The position numbers and the translations under genes were made by a program. DNA of 63,994 bases, filler included, from an uncultured bacterium (GTDB taxonomy: Bacteria > DAOPZR01), in the NCBI GenBank assembly GCA_964637655.1. It is 3 parts of 3 records of this genome, joined end to end, with 100 filler letters (N's around TTAATTAATTAA, not from the genome) between each part and the next. Parts side by side here need not be neighbours in the genome. Positions count along the whole stretch, not along the records: positions 23,409 to 46,661 come from CAZWUZ010000022.1; positions 46,762 to 63,994 come from CAZWUZ010000040.1; 1 more part is not named here. One strand, 5' to 3'. Below, one piece after another: positions 45,627 to 56,046 of this stretch. The first letter of the stretch is position 1. Every line of letters starts with the position of its first letter. The notes under the pieces were generated by a model. It was given only the letters and a program-made list of their open reading frames with translations, had not been told where the DNA came from and made no database searches.

Positions 45627-46661
45627 ATGGGTCTTTTCAGCCGCAAAAAACAGATACTGGCGCTGGACATCGGCAGCTACGCGATCAAGTACGCGCTGCT
45701 CGATAACACCGGCAAGGACATCGTCGTGCGGTTCGCGGGGCAGAAGCTCGTGCCGCCGCAGGAACCCGGTGTCGGTGAACTCGAAGGCGCGACCATCGCC
45801 CTCAAGCAGCTGGCGGTGGAACTTGACCTTGTCAAGAAGAAGCTGCATCAGGTGGTTTTTGCCATCCCCTCCTCGCTGGCCATTGTCCGTTTCGTCACCC
45901 TGCCCCCGACCCCGCTCGACCGGGTCAAGGCCATTCTGCGTGGCGAGGCGGAACAGCACATCCCGTTTTCCATTGACGACGTGGCAATGGATACCCAGAT
46001 CCTGCGCGCCGACGACAAGGGGGTCGAGGCGATTATTGTCGCGGTCAAACAGGAAAAAGTCGACGAGTATGTCAACCTGGTGCAGGTGGCCGGACTGACC
46101 CCTGAAGTCATCGACGTCTCCGCCTTCTCTCTGTTCAATGTGTTTCGTTTTACCGAGGGGGAAAAACTGCAGGCCCTGGCCAAGGCGCCGGAAGACGGCA
46201 GCGAAGCGAAGGAGCCGGTGGTGGCCCTGCTTGACATGGGCGCGTCGACCACTGATATCAGCGTCTGTCAGGGTGGCAAACTGATGCTGACGCGCAGTGT
46301 GGCAATCTCGGGCAATTCGCTGACCGATGCCGTGTCGCGCCGCCTCAACGTGTCGCCGCTGCTGGCGGAACGCTACAAGAAGGCGCAGGGCCGGGCACGC
46401 ACGGAATCGGCTGAACCCAAGGAAGAAAAGAAAACCACGACCGGCGCGATGGGGGCTCCGCGCGCGCCGATGGGCGAAATGGCTGCACCCAAAATTTCGC
46501 TGGGTGCGCCCAAAACCCCGGGTCTGGCACCGGGCACCGCTCCGTCGGCACCGCCCCCGGCACCAGCCCTTGCGCCGGCGGCACCTGCGGCCGCTGCTGA
46601 AGAGGCGGCGACACAGGCGCCGGCCGCACCCTCGGTTTCCACCGAGGGAGGTATGCAGCCC
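45627..46661 (+). CDS. pilM: Type IV pilus assembly protein PilM (3'-truncated by gap)
   Basis: LDIGSYAIK, EAEQHIPF, AGL..VIDV, LDMGASTT. Confidence 0.88.
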
Positions 46662-46761
46662 NNNNNNNNNNNNNNNNNNNNNNNNNNNNNNNNNNNNNNN
46701 NNNNNTTAATTAATTAANNNNNNNNNNNNNNNNNNNNNNNNNNNNNNNNNNNNNNNNNNNN
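46662..46761. other. Artificial contig linker (N44-TTAATTAATTAA-N44)
   Basis: N-run with all-frame stop linker. Confidence 0.97.
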
Positions 46762-46776
46762 CCCTACCACCCGCTC

Positions 46777-47439
46777 ATGTTCATGCCGCTGCCGCTGCTG
46801 CCGTCGTCGCTCCTCTTCGCCCTGCTCACGCTGGCGGGCAGAACCGCCGATGCCGCCACCGCGCCGGCGCGCTGGGCGGGAACGCATGCCGTGCTCGCCG
46901 ATTGCGCTGCCCGCCTCACCGCGCTGCAGCGCCAGCCGGAACAAGCACTCACCTTTGCCGAGTCCGTGCGCCGCTTCTGCCTCGATACCTGCCCCGAAGG
47001 CAAACGTGCCAGCGAAATCGACAGCGCCGACCGGGCCCGCTACGAGATTATCCACCTCATGGCGAAGCGCGGCACGGTCTTCTGCGCGCACGGGCAGGAC
47101 TGTCCGCTGCTGCGCTTTCTTGAGACGCTGCCGCCGGAACTGCGTGAGCGCACGCCCGCAGCGCTGCTGACCGCTCCGGCTGACGCTGCAGCTGCCGACC
47201 TGACCGCAGCGGTCAGCGCCCGCGCCGCCGCCGCGCAGGAAGCCCTCGTCGACCTCGACCGCCGCCGCCACGATTACTGCGAACAGCACTGCCCGCGCGT
47301 GCGTGACGGTATGCCCGCCTCCCCGGCGGAAGGGCGCGTGCTTACCGGGTTTGCCGAACTGCAGGCCGGCGCCGCGCCCCGCTACTGCGCCGAACAGGAC
47401 TGCGCCCTCGACCGCTTCTTCCTCGTCCTGCAGAATTAA
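46777..47439 (+). CDS. Hypothetical Cys-repeat protein (possibly 5'-truncated)
   Basis: Two internal repeats each with CxxxCP and Cx4-5C. Confidence 0.6.
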   Translation: MFMPLPLLPSSLLFALLTLAGRTADAATAPARWAGTHAVLADCAARLTALQRQPEQALTFAESVRRFCLDTCPEGKRASEIDSADRARYEIIHLMAKRGTVFCAHGQDCPLLRFLETLPPELRERTPAALLTAPADAAAADLTAAVSARAAAAQEALVDLDRRRHDYCEQHCPRVRDGMPASPAEGRVLTGFAELQAGAAPRYCAEQDCALDRFFLVLQN

Positions 47440-48311
47440 ATGGGGACAGTCCCCATTTTCTGTGGTAAAATAGTGGTGACTATGAGCAAGCTGGGAGGCA
47501 AAAGTGGGAAGAAAAGCGCGTGTCGTTGCCGTTGGCTATCCGCATCACACCACCCAACGAGGGAATTACCGTCAGCAGACCTTTTTTTCCAATAAGGATT
47601 ACCGAAGATTTGTTGAATGGATGAGCGAAAGCGCCGCCTCCCACCGCCTGCTCGTGCTCGGCTACTGTCTGATGCCAAATCACACCCATTGTATTGTTGT
47701 GCCGCTCGAACATGACGCGATGGCGCGCACCTTTGCTGATATTCATTCACGCCATGGACAACTGGTCAACCTGCGTAGCGAACGGCACGGGCATTTCTGG
47801 CAGGACCGGTATTTTTCCTGCGTGCTTGACGAGCCTCATCTGCTTATGGCCGCGCGTTATATCGAGCGCAACCCGGTGCGAGCAGGATTAGTCACTCAGC
47901 CGGAAGAATGGTCATGGTCGAGTGCCAGGGCACACTGCGGTCGGGAAGAATCGCCGATGCCGCTGATGGAACTCTTCAAGTACATTGACAGCGATCCGGA
48001 ACGCTGGCACGATTTCATCAACGAACCCGATTGTAAGAAATTCGCTAAGCGTCTCACTGAACATACCTTGCACGGCTACGCGCTGGGTTCAGCCGTCTTT
48101 GTTGAGCGTTTGGAAATGGAGTTGGGCTGCTCTCTGCGACCTGGCAAACGCGGCCGACCCGCCGGCAACAAGGACAATGCTCAATAATTGACACCGGTTT
48201 TTCTGTTATCACACACGCCGTCATAATCGCGTTCTGTTCCCACTTTGGCACTCTACACGACATCTATCGTGCGTTATTCGTATCACGGAAAATGGGGACT
48301 GTCCCCATTTA
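47437..48311 (+). mobile_element. RAYT element bounded by 24-bp inverted palindromic repeats
   Basis: TAAATGGGGACAGTCCCCATTTTC (47437-47460) and its exact reverse complement (48288-48311); lower-GC interior. Confidence 0.85.
47504..48187 (+). CDS. REP-associated tyrosine transposase (Y1 HUH, RAYT)
   Basis: HHTTQRGN, YCLMPNHTH, FWQDRY, YIERNPVRAG, WSWSS. Confidence 0.92.
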   Translation: MGRKARVVAVGYPHHTTQRGNYRQQTFFSNKDYRRFVEWMSESAASHRLLVLGYCLMPNHTHCIVVPLEHDAMARTFADIHSRHGQLVNLRSERHGHFWQDRYFSCVLDEPHLLMAARYIERNPVRAGLVTQPEEWSWSSARAHCGREESPMPLMELFKYIDSDPERWHDFINEPDCKKFAKRLTEHTLHGYALGSAVFVERLEMELGCSLRPGKRGRPAGNKDNAQ

Positions 48312-48686
48312 TTTTTTGCGGAGGATGAAGGCGCGGCCGGCGTATTCGAAGGCGCCGAGCGCGTGAGCCGGCGCGTGCCACGTCCCGATGGCCTGCCCGG
48401 CAGCATGCGCGACACATTTCGCCCCTTCCGTCTTCGCCACTTTGGCCGCCGCATGCGCCGCCAGCGACAGCGTGCGCACCTCGCGCATGCCGAGTTTCCG
48501 CTTTCCTTCCGCCCATGCCCGCAGGGCCGCAATTGCCTGCTGCGGGCGCCGGTCGGTCGGCCGCTCACGGGTAAATGCCGGCAGTTCCTGCGCCACGCGC
48601 AGTGCCGCCTTCAGTCCGAGCAGTTTGTGATAGTAGCTGTCGCGCCATTCGCTGCTGTTTTTCGGCTTGGGTGGTAGTGGACTCAT
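48309..48686 (-). CDS. Imm5-like putative immunity protein, copy 1
   Basis: DRRPQQAI..AWAEG..SLAAHAAA..AHAAGQAIGTWH..HALGA..YA. Confidence 0.65.
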   Translation of the reverse strand: MSPLPPKPKNSSEWRDSYYHKLLGLKAALRVAQELPAFTRERPTDRRPQQAIAALRAWAEGKRKLGMREVRTLSLAAHAAAKVAKTEGAKCVAHAAGQAIGTWHAPAHALGAFEYAGRAFILRKK

Positions 48687-48717
48687 AGCGTGCCTGCCTT
48701 TCTAAGCATACTGTCGA

Positions 48718-49561
48718 TTAGTGCTGTGCCAGCAGGGCCTCAGCCGCCTGTTGCAGTGCACTTTCGGTGACTTGCAGCCGCATCAGCGCAGCCGCCATAT
48801 CGGCCGGAGACGGGGCAGTGACGGTCAGTCGCTGCCGCGTGCCGGGATGGGTCACCTGCAGGCAGAAGGCATGCAGCGCGTAGCGGTCAAATTCGCCGGG
48901 CGCCTCCAGGCCGCCATAGCGCACGTCACCCAGCAGCGGGTAGCCAAGATACGCCAGATGCAGCCGCACCTGATGCTGACGCCCGGTCAGCGGCCGCACG
49001 AGAAAGGCAAGACGCCCGTCGCGCGCAGCCAGCAGCGCATAGCGCGAAACGGCATCCTTCCCCTCCTCTTCATCGACTTCCGACTGCGAGCGCGACTCAT
49101 CGCTGATGGCGATGGGCGCGTCGATCAGCCCCGTACGCTGCACCGGCTGCTCCCCTGCGCAGATGGCTAAGTAGACCTTCCCCACCTGATGGTGCAGGAA
49201 CTGCAGTCGCACATGGTTGTGCGCGGCAAGATTGTTCGAGGCGACGATGACTCCCGAGGTGTACTCGTCGAGCCGGTGCAACAGTTGCGGCAGGTACGCC
49301 CCGGCGCGGAAATGGTGATGCAGCACGGAAAGCAGGTTGCGGTAGGGGCGTTTGCTCACCGGATGCACTGCCAACCCCGCGGGCTTGTTGATGAAGAGCA
49401 GGTGCTCATCGCGATAGAGAACCGGCGGCATCAGCGCGTCGTAGTCGGGGGTCGCCTGCGGCTCAACCTCCACCGTCACGCGGTCATTCATTTTCAACCG
49501 GCGTGACGCCTTGCTCTCCGTCCCGTTCACGGTCACTTTCCCGTCGTCAATGAGCTGTTGG
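48718..49561 (-). pseudogene. 5'-truncated duplicate of RluA-family pseudouridine synthase
   Basis: Identical to 49993-50836 but lacks the native start; cut at the duplication junction. Confidence 0.75.
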
Positions 49562-49583
49562 GGAAAATGGGGACTGTCCCCAT

Positions 49584-49961
49584 TTATTTTTTGCGGAGGA
49601 TGAAGGCGCGGCCGGCGTATTCGAAGGCGCCGAGCGCGTGAGCCGGCGCGTGCCACGTCCCGATGGCCTGCCCGGCAGCATGCGCGACACATTTCGCCCC
49701 TTCCGTCTTCGCCACTTTGGCCGCCGCATGCGCCGCCAGCGACAGCGTGCGCACCTCGCGCATGCCGAGTTTCCGCTTTCCTTCCGCCCATGCCCGCAGG
49801 GCCGCAATTGCCTGCTGCGGGCGCCGGTCGGTCGGCCGCTCACGGGTAAATGCCGGCAGTTCCTGCGCCACGCGCAGTGCCGCCTTCAGTCCGAGCAGTT
49901 TGTGATAGTAGCTGTCGCGCCATTCGCTGCTGTTTTTCGGCTTGGGTGGTAGTGGACTCAT
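49584..49961 (-). CDS. Imm5-like putative immunity protein, copy 2
   Basis: Identical translation to copy 1. Confidence 0.65.
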   Translation of the reverse strand: MSPLPPKPKNSSEWRDSYYHKLLGLKAALRVAQELPAFTRERPTDRRPQQAIAALRAWAEGKRKLGMREVRTLSLAAHAAAKVAKTEGAKCVAHAAGQAIGTWHAPAHALGAFEYAGRAFILRKK

Positions 49962-49992
49962 AGCGTGCCTGCCTTTCTAAGCATACTGTCGA

Positions 49993-50979
49993 TTAGTGCT
50001 GTGCCAGCAGGGCCTCAGCCGCCTGTTGCAGTGCACTTTCGGTGACTTGCAGCCGCATCAGCGCAGCCGCCATATCGGCCGGAGACGGGGCAGTGACGGT
50101 CAGTCGCTGCCGCGTGCCGGGATGGGTCACCTGCAGGCAGAAGGCATGCAGCGCGTAGCGGTCAAATTCGCCGGGCGCCTCCAGGCCGCCATAGCGCACG
50201 TCACCCAGCAGCGGGTAGCCAAGATACGCCAGATGCAGCCGCACCTGATGCTGACGCCCGGTCAGCGGCCGCACGAGAAAGGCAAGACGCCCGTCGCGCG
50301 CAGCCAGCAGCGCATAGCGCGAAACGGCATCCTTCCCCTCCTCTTCATCGACTTCCGACTGCGAGCGCGACTCATCGCTGATGGCGATGGGCGCGTCGAT
50401 CAGCCCCGTACGCTGCACCGGCTGCTCCCCTGCGCAGATGGCTAAGTAGACCTTCCCCACCTGATGGTGCAGGAACTGCAGTCGCACATGGTTGTGCGCG
50501 GCAAGATTGTTCGAGGCGACGATGACTCCCGAGGTGTACTCGTCGAGCCGGTGCAACAGTTGCGGCAGGTACGCCCCGGCGCGGAAATGGTGATGCAGCA
50601 CGGAAAGCAGGTTGCGGTAGGGGCGTTTGCTCACCGGATGCACTGCCAACCCCGCGGGCTTGTTGATGAAGAGCAGGTGCTCATCGCGATAGAGAACCGG
50701 CGGCATCAGCGCGTCGTAGTCGGGGGTCGCCTGCGGCTCAACCTCCACCGTCACGCGGTCATTCATTTTCAACCGGCGTGACGCCTTGCTCTCCGTCCCG
50801 TTCACGGTCACTTTCCCGTCGTCAATGAGCTGTTGGAACTGCGCGCGACTGCGCCACGGATGCACGCGCGCGAGAAAGGCATCGAGCCGCTCGCCGTCGC
50901 GCTCGACGATGCGCGTCAGTTCCTCCTGTGGCACGGAGAGGTTGCGCGGCGGCCGCCGCTGCTGCCGGAAATCGTTCAT
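49993..50979 (-). CDS. RluA/RluD-family pseudouridine synthase with S4 domain
   Basis: RLDAFL S4 domain, NKPAGLAVHP, HRLDEYTSG, TGRQHQVR, LGDVRYG, LHA. Confidence 0.92.
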   Translation of the reverse strand: MNDFRQQRRPPRNLSVPQEELTRIVERDGERLDAFLARVHPWRSRAQFQQLIDDGKVTVNGTESKASRRLKMNDRVTVEVEPQATPDYDALMPPVLYRDEHLLFINKPAGLAVHPVSKRPYRNLLSVLHHHFRAGAYLPQLLHRLDEYTSGVIVASNNLAAHNHVRLQFLHHQVGKVYLAICAGEQPVQRTGLIDAPIAISDESRSQSEVDEEEGKDAVSRYALLAARDGRLAFLVRPLTGRQHQVRLHLAYLGYPLLGDVRYGGLEAPGEFDRYALHAFCLQVTHPGTRQRLTVTAPSPADMAAALMRLQVTESALQQAAEALLAQH

Positions 50980-52367
50980 CGGTCGCTCCGCCGGTAGAGT
51001 GCGCCTGCCGCGTCCTGCGCTGTCAGCCGCCAACCGGAATCCGTCCCCAGCGCGTGTGCCAGCGGTGCGTCCGGCTCGACCAGCACCGCTTCGATACGGT
51101 TGACGGCAAGATACTCGCGCCAGCCGTCAGCCGCACCCCAGACCGCGGCGTAGCAGGCAATGTCGGTATCGGTAAACAGGTCGACTCTGCCGTCGATGCC
51201 GGTGTGCAGCCAGCGCAGTTCCCGCTGCAGGTAGCCGCCAAAGTGATAGGTATTGAAGATCCGGATGCCATCCGGTGCCACTGCCAGTGCCCGCGCGGCG
51301 GCAACTGGAAAGACCCCGGCACGCACCGCCGGCAACACGCCGGCAAGTATCAGCACGACGCCACCAATCGTGAGCAGCGCGGCGGTCGGCGGCAGGCGCG
51401 GCTGCCAGCCCGCATAGGGAAGCGCACGATGCGCCCAGCGACGCGCCACGGTGCGGCGCAGCAGAAAATGCCAGTCGCGCGCCAGCGGCAGCACGGTCAC
51501 CAAACCGAAGAACGGCAGGTGGCGGCGGCTCAGGTAGCAGAGCCAGACAGCAAGCACGACCAGCACCCAGTCGAATTTCCGACGATGATCGGCGGCAAGG
51601 AAGGTCAGCAGCGCCCCGACCACGCCGCCGGCAAAGGCGATCTCGTTGGCGAGCAGCGGCGGCTGCCATTCCAGCAGCCAGGGCTGCGCCGTGCCTGCCC
51701 GTCCCGCCTCCCACGCGGCCAGCAGCAGCCGCGGCCCCGACGGCGTCAGCATGCAGGCCAGCATGCAGAGGAGCAGTATCAGCAGCAGGCGGTGGCGCGC
51801 GATATGCGCCGCCGGCGGGAACACCACGGCCACCGTCAGCACACCCAGCCCGAGCGTCACGGCGGTATGCAGGTTGGCCCAGAGCCAGAAGAGCGGCACG
51901 AGCCACCAGAGTCGCCTGCCCCGCTCCAGCAGCCAGAGCAGCAGCAGCAGGAAGGTGAAGGTCAGCAGCTGCGGACGCAGCAGGATGCCGGTATGCAGCA
52001 GCGCGTAGAGATAGATGACAGCGCCGGCGCCGGCCAGCGGGTGCAGGGCGCGCGCACGGCAATAGCGCCAGAGCAGGAAAAACGGCAGCAGCGTCAGCAG
52101 GTACTTGGCCGCGGCAAGCAGGCGCATGCCGCCGGCGAGCGCGCCCAGTGACAGCAACCGCCCGAACATACGCTCATGCTGCTGCCAGGACTGTCCCTGC
52201 ACCAGCCAGGACGGATCGTCGTGGATGCCGAGGAGACGCCGTTCGCCCGCGGCGAGGTGCCACCAGAAGTCATACGACTGGATGTCATTCCCCGCCAGCG
52301 CCAGCAGCGCCAGCAGGCAGAGCGCCGTCTCGGCGAGGCCCGGGCGCAGCAGGGAACCGATGCGCAT
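50976..52367 (-). CDS. Polytopic membrane protein (possibly GT-C-like)
   Basis: DFWWHLAAG, RPQLLT, LWANLH, EWQP, FGGYL, IDGR. Confidence 0.7.
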   Translation of the reverse strand: MRIGSLLRPGLAETALCLLALLALAGNDIQSYDFWWHLAAGERRLLGIHDDPSWLVQGQSWQQHERMFGRLLSLGALAGGMRLLAAAKYLLTLLPFFLLWRYCRARALHPLAGAGAVIYLYALLHTGILLRPQLLTFTFLLLLLWLLERGRRLWWLVPLFWLWANLHTAVTLGLGVLTVAVVFPPAAHIARHRLLLILLLCMLACMLTPSGPRLLLAAWEAGRAGTAQPWLLEWQPPLLANEIAFAGGVVGALLTFLAADHRRKFDWVLVVLAVWLCYLSRRHLPFFGLVTVLPLARDWHFLLRRTVARRWAHRALPYAGWQPRLPPTAALLTIGGVVLILAGVLPAVRAGVFPVAAARALAVAPDGIRIFNTYHFGGYLQRELRWLHTGIDGRVDLFTDTDIACYAAVWGAADGWREYLAVNRIEAVLVEPDAPLAHALGTDSGWRLTAQDAAGALYRRSDR

Positions 52368-52368
52368 G

Positions 52369-53247
52369 CTACTCGAGGTTCTGCACCTGCTCCTTGATCT
52401 TGTCGATTTCCCCCTTGAGGCGAAGCACGGCGCGCGAGATGGCCAGCGTGATGGTCTTGCTGCCGATGGTATTGGTCTCGCGCAGCATCTCCTGGGTGAG
52501 AAAATCGAGGCGGCGTCCTAATTCACCCTCGGAGTCGAGCATCTGCTCCGCTGCCGTAAAGTGGCTGGTCAGGCGGACGATTTCCTCGCTCACGTCGCAC
52601 CCTTCCGCCGCCATGGCGATCTCCTGCGCCACGCGCACCGGGTCGAACTGCACGTCGGGAGCGAGCTTGGCGAGGTTGGCCGTCAGCTGTTCGCGGTATT
52701 CGCGCGGTGCCTCGCTCGCCAGTTCCTGGATGTTCTCCAGGTCGCCGCGCATCATCTGCAGGCGCTGGCGGATATCCTGCCCGAGGTTCTCCCCCTCCTG
52801 CTCGCGCACGCGGTTGAAATTTTCCAGCGCGTCGCGCAGCGCCTGCTGCAGCGCCGCACTCACCGCGTCAGCGTCACAGGCGGGCGGTGACGTCTGCACC
52901 ACCCCGTCGACCAGCAGCAGTTCGCCCGTCGAGAGCGCGGTAAGGTGCGGAAACTTTGTCTGCAGTTCCTGTGCCGCCTGCGCGACCGCCGCGGCGCGAC
53001 GCAGGTCGACCTGCATTTCCCCGGTCAGCGCTCCCCCCGTAATGTTGTAGGTTACGTTGACCTTGCCGCGCAGTACGCTCCCCTTCAGCCAGGTGCGCAG
53101 GTCAGGTTCCCACTCGCGCAGTTCCTGCGGCAGGCGGAAATAGAGCGCCAGCGAACGGTTGTTTACCGCGCTGATCTCGCAGACCACCTCGCCGCCGGCC
53201 AGCGCCGCCCGGCCCTTGCCGTACCCCGTCATCGAATAGAGTGACAT
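52369..53247 (-). CDS. yicC: YicC/YloC family endoribonuclease
   Basis: SMTGYG, VNNR, RGKV, DVSEEIVRL, GRRLDFLTQEMLRETNTIGSK, EQVQNLE. Confidence 0.93.
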   Translation of the reverse strand: MSLYSMTGYGKGRAALAGGEVVCEISAVNNRSLALYFRLPQELREWEPDLRTWLKGSVLRGKVNVTYNITGGALTGEMQVDLRRAAAVAQAAQELQTKFPHLTALSTGELLLVDGVVQTSPPACDADAVSAALQQALRDALENFNRVREQEGENLGQDIRQRLQMMRGDLENIQELASEAPREYREQLTANLAKLAPDVQFDPVRVAQEIAMAAEGCDVSEEIVRLTSHFTAAEQMLDSEGELGRRLDFLTQEMLRETNTIGSKTITLAISRAVLRLKGEIDKIKEQVQNLE

Positions 53248-53268
53248 AGTGTTCTCCTTTGCCTGCTG

Positions 53269-56046
53269 TCAGAAGGTCGAGCCAAGCCCGAGATAGAGCC
53301 GCACCCCGTCGCGGTCGTCGAGTCCGCGCGCGGCCCCGAGTTCCACATGGTACGGCATCGAATAATACATCGCCGCCTTGAGAATGAGCGACCCGCCATA
53401 ACTGCTGTGCATGTCGCGCCACCAGAACGGACCGTCCCACGCGCGCCCGCAGTCGCCGAAGAGGCGCAGGTAGAGCCCGTCGAAATAGAGGAAACTGGTC
53501 AGGTGCGCGATGTCGTACCAGAGCGGCAGCGTGTACTCGACGCTGCCGACGAGCAGTTTCGAGCCGCGGTAGAGGTTGCTCGCGTACCCGCGCAGCCCGT
53601 TGCTACCCCCGAGGCGGAAGATGCCCTGCGCCGGCCCCTGCCCGAACCCGCGTCCCGCGCGCAGGCGCAGCGCCAGCGCCTGATGCTGCCAGCGCGTCGG
53701 CAGGAAGTACGCCCCCTCGGCGGTCCACGCCTCGTAGTCGAAGTCGCCGTCGAGCGCCTTGACCTGATGCGCGTATTCAACCGCCACCTCGTAGCCGGAA
53801 GCGATACCGATGTCGTAGTCACTGGTCGGGATCAGGTCGCGGTAGCGCGCCCCGAGCGCATACGAGGTGAACTTGCCCTCGTAGGGGCGCGTGCTGCGCC
53901 CGTCGAAATACTCCAGCGCCTCGTTGGCGCTCACCTTCTCCCAGCGCCCGCCCAGCGACAGCGACAGGCGGTTGGTGACCGGGAAAAGCGCGCTCAGGTC
54001 GAGCCCGCGCCAGCGCTCGTGGTAGTCATCGAATCCCGTCCCGCTCTTTTCGGGCACGAGGTCGGCAAAGGCGCGGCGGGTGGCGAACCCCGCCAGCGTG
54101 ATAGTCGGGAACCAGACCCGGTTGATGTACTGGAAGCCGCCGAGCGGACTGTGCCCGGTGAAGTTGTAGTTCGCCTGCAGGTTGACGATGTGGCGGGCCA
54201 GCACGTCGTTGGCCGATGCCGCCAGCCCGGCCGCCAGTTGCGTCCCGTCGTACGACAGCCACGGCACGCGGTAGGGTGAGCGCCAGACATTCGTGTAGGC
54301 GCGCGCCACCCCGGTCTCCGGGGCCACCTCGTCGCCGGGACGCGGGTCGGGCGCCGGCGGCGGCGTGTACGGCTCCGCTGCATCCAGTGCAACGCTGACC
54401 ACATCGAACCCGCGTGACGTGTACTGCGTGGCCGCAAGGGTCTGCGCGTCGAGGCGGGCCGGTTCGAAGAGCCCCGTGCTGGTCCGCGTCACGCGCCTGA
54501 CCTGCTCTTCGTCCCAGATGAACAGGTCGTAGATATTCTCGTAGTCGGCGGCAAAGGCGATGGTGCGGTTGTCCAGCCAGCAGCCGGTCGCCTCGTTCCA
54601 CGCGGTGGTACAGGGAAGCGGCAGGTTGCTGCCGTCGCGCAGGTCGTAGACGCAGAGGTCGCGCTGACCCGCGGTGAAGCGCCCGTAGAGCAGGCGGTGC
54701 CCGTCCGGCGAGACCTGCGGCGCGAAGAGCTGCTCCTCGAGCGCGGCGGCGTAGAGTGTGGTAATGCTGCCGTCAGCGAGGTCAACCAGCACCAGTTCCG
54801 CGTGCCCGCGTTCGGTACGTACCGCGGCAGCATGCGTACCGCCCGGCAGCAGTGCCGGTTGCGTCACGCGTGCGCCACGCGTGATGCGACGCTCACCTTC
54901 CGCCTCCGTCCAGGCAAACAGGTCGTTGTAATTACTCCCGTGACGGTCCTCTTCCGTGCGCGTGTAGAGCAGCAGTCCCCCGTCAGTACTCATGCTGATG
55001 CCGGGATTGATGTCATCCGCCATCACGCGGGCGGCGGCGGCAGGTTGCGTGCGGTCCTGCCGGTAGAGCGCCAGCCGCTGGAAATCATGGCTGCCGTTCG
55101 AGGTATAGGCAAGATAGCGCCCGTCCGTGCTCACCGCGGGATTCTGGTCGCTCCACCCCGCGTCGGCCAGCAGCACTGGCACCCCCAGCGGCACGCGGCT
55201 GTTCCAGTCAAGGGTCTGCGCGCGCAGCTGCGCCACCCACGAATCGTAGAGTTCCTCTCCGGTCTGCCCGACCGCCGCCTTGAGCGCCGCGTCAAACTCC
55301 TCGAAGCTCTCCCCCTTGGCGTGCACGATGTGCGCCAGCGCGGTATCGCCGTGCATGGCAGCAACGTGGCGCACCAGCGCATAGCCCTGACTGTAGGCGC
55401 GCTCGTACTCGAAGGCGTTCTTGCCGAAGACGCACATCTTGGCATACGGCAGGAGCGCGTCATCGAGCACCGCCGCGCGCAGGATCATCGCCCGCTGCGC
55501 GTCGTAGCGCTCGGTACCCCGCTCCGCCTTGTACTGCGCCAGCCCCTCGGTGAACCAGACGGGACACATCAGGTTGGGCATGGTCAGCAGCGAGCCGACC
55601 AGGTCGCGCGAGCCGAGCAGGTCCTCGCCCGCGGTGCGCATGTGCAGCATATGCGTCAGTTCGTGGTAGATGACATTCTGCAGCCAGCGGTGCGTGCCGC
55701 GCAGGTTGAAGTCCATCGGGGTCAGCCAGACGGTGATGCTGCCGTCCGCCGGGTCGGTCAGCCCGTTGCCGATGTCGTCGCTGTCGCGCAACACGAGGTC
55801 GTAGGTTTCGTCGAGGGTGAAGTTGAGGTCGGCCCCGACACGCGCGTAGGCGAGTTCCGCCACCGCCGCCGCGTAGCGCGCCGCCTCCTCGAGGTGGCGG
55901 TCGTAATGGATGCGGAAATGCGCCGTGCGCAGCGTCTGCCACTCGAGTTCGCTGTGCGTGAACAGTGTGTGCACCGTCACCGCCGCAGCGGGCGCCGCCG
56001 CCAGCAGCGCCGCCAGGGCGAGCGCGACGGCGGCGGTCCGGGTCAC
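53269..56046 (-). CDS. Outer-membrane protein: gluzincin peptidase + TolB/PD40 propeller + Omp85-type barrel
   Basis: Signal peptide; [18 protein letters not shown] repeats; FRLGG..LRGY; C-terminal Phe. Confidence 0.8.
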   Translation of the reverse strand: MTRTAAVALALAALLAAAPAAAVTVHTLFTHSELEWQTLRTAHFRIHYDRHLEEAARYAAAVAELAYARVGADLNFTLDETYDLVLRDSDDIGNGLTDPADGSITVWLTPMDFNLRGTHRWLQNVIYHELTHMLHMRTAGEDLLGSRDLVGSLLTMPNLMCPVWFTEGLAQYKAERGTERYDAQRAMILRAAVLDDALLPYAKMCVFGKNAFEYERAYSQGYALVRHVAAMHGDTALAHIVHAKGESFEEFDAALKAAVGQTGEELYDSWVAQLRAQTLDWNSRVPLGVPVLLADAGWSDQNPAVSTDGRYLAYTSNGSHDFQRLALYRQDRTQPAAAARVMADDINPGISMSTDGGLLLYTRTEEDRHGSNYNDLFAWTEAEGERRITRGARVTQPALLPGGTHAAAVRTERGHAELVLVDLADGSITTLYAAALEEQLFAPQVSPDGHRLLYGRFTAGQRDLCVYDLRDGSNLPLPCTTAWNEATGCWLDNRTIAFAADYENIYDLFIWDEEQVRRVTRTSTGLFEPARLDAQTLAATQYTSRGFDVVSVALDAAEPYTPPPAPDPRPGDEVAPETGVARAYTNVWRSPYRVPWLSYDGTQLAAGLAASANDVLARHIVNLQANYNFTGHSPLGGFQYINRVWFPTITLAGFATRRAFADLVPEKSGTGFDDYHERWRGLDLSALFPVTNRLSLSLGGRWEKVSANEALEYFDGRSTRPYEGKFTSYALGARYRDLIPTSDYDIGIASGYEVAVEYAHQVKALDGDFDYEAWTAEGAYFLPTRWQHQALALRLRAGRGFGQGPAQGIFRLGGSNGLRGYASNLYRGSKLLVGSVEYTLPLWYDIAHLTSFLYFDGLYLRLFGDCGRAWDGPFWWRDMHSSYGGSLILKAAMYYSMPYHVELGAARGLDDRDGVRLYLGLGSTF

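Larger units (their letters stand above)
48287..50836. repeat. 1275-bp tandem duplication (48287-49561 / 49562-50836)
   Basis: Identical ORF translations offset by 1275 nt; no difference seen by eye. Confidence 0.93.

Noticed and set aside
48718-49791. 357-aa novel pseudouridine synthase fusion
   Set aside because: Chance read-through across the duplication junction from an alternative frame of the Imm5-like gene
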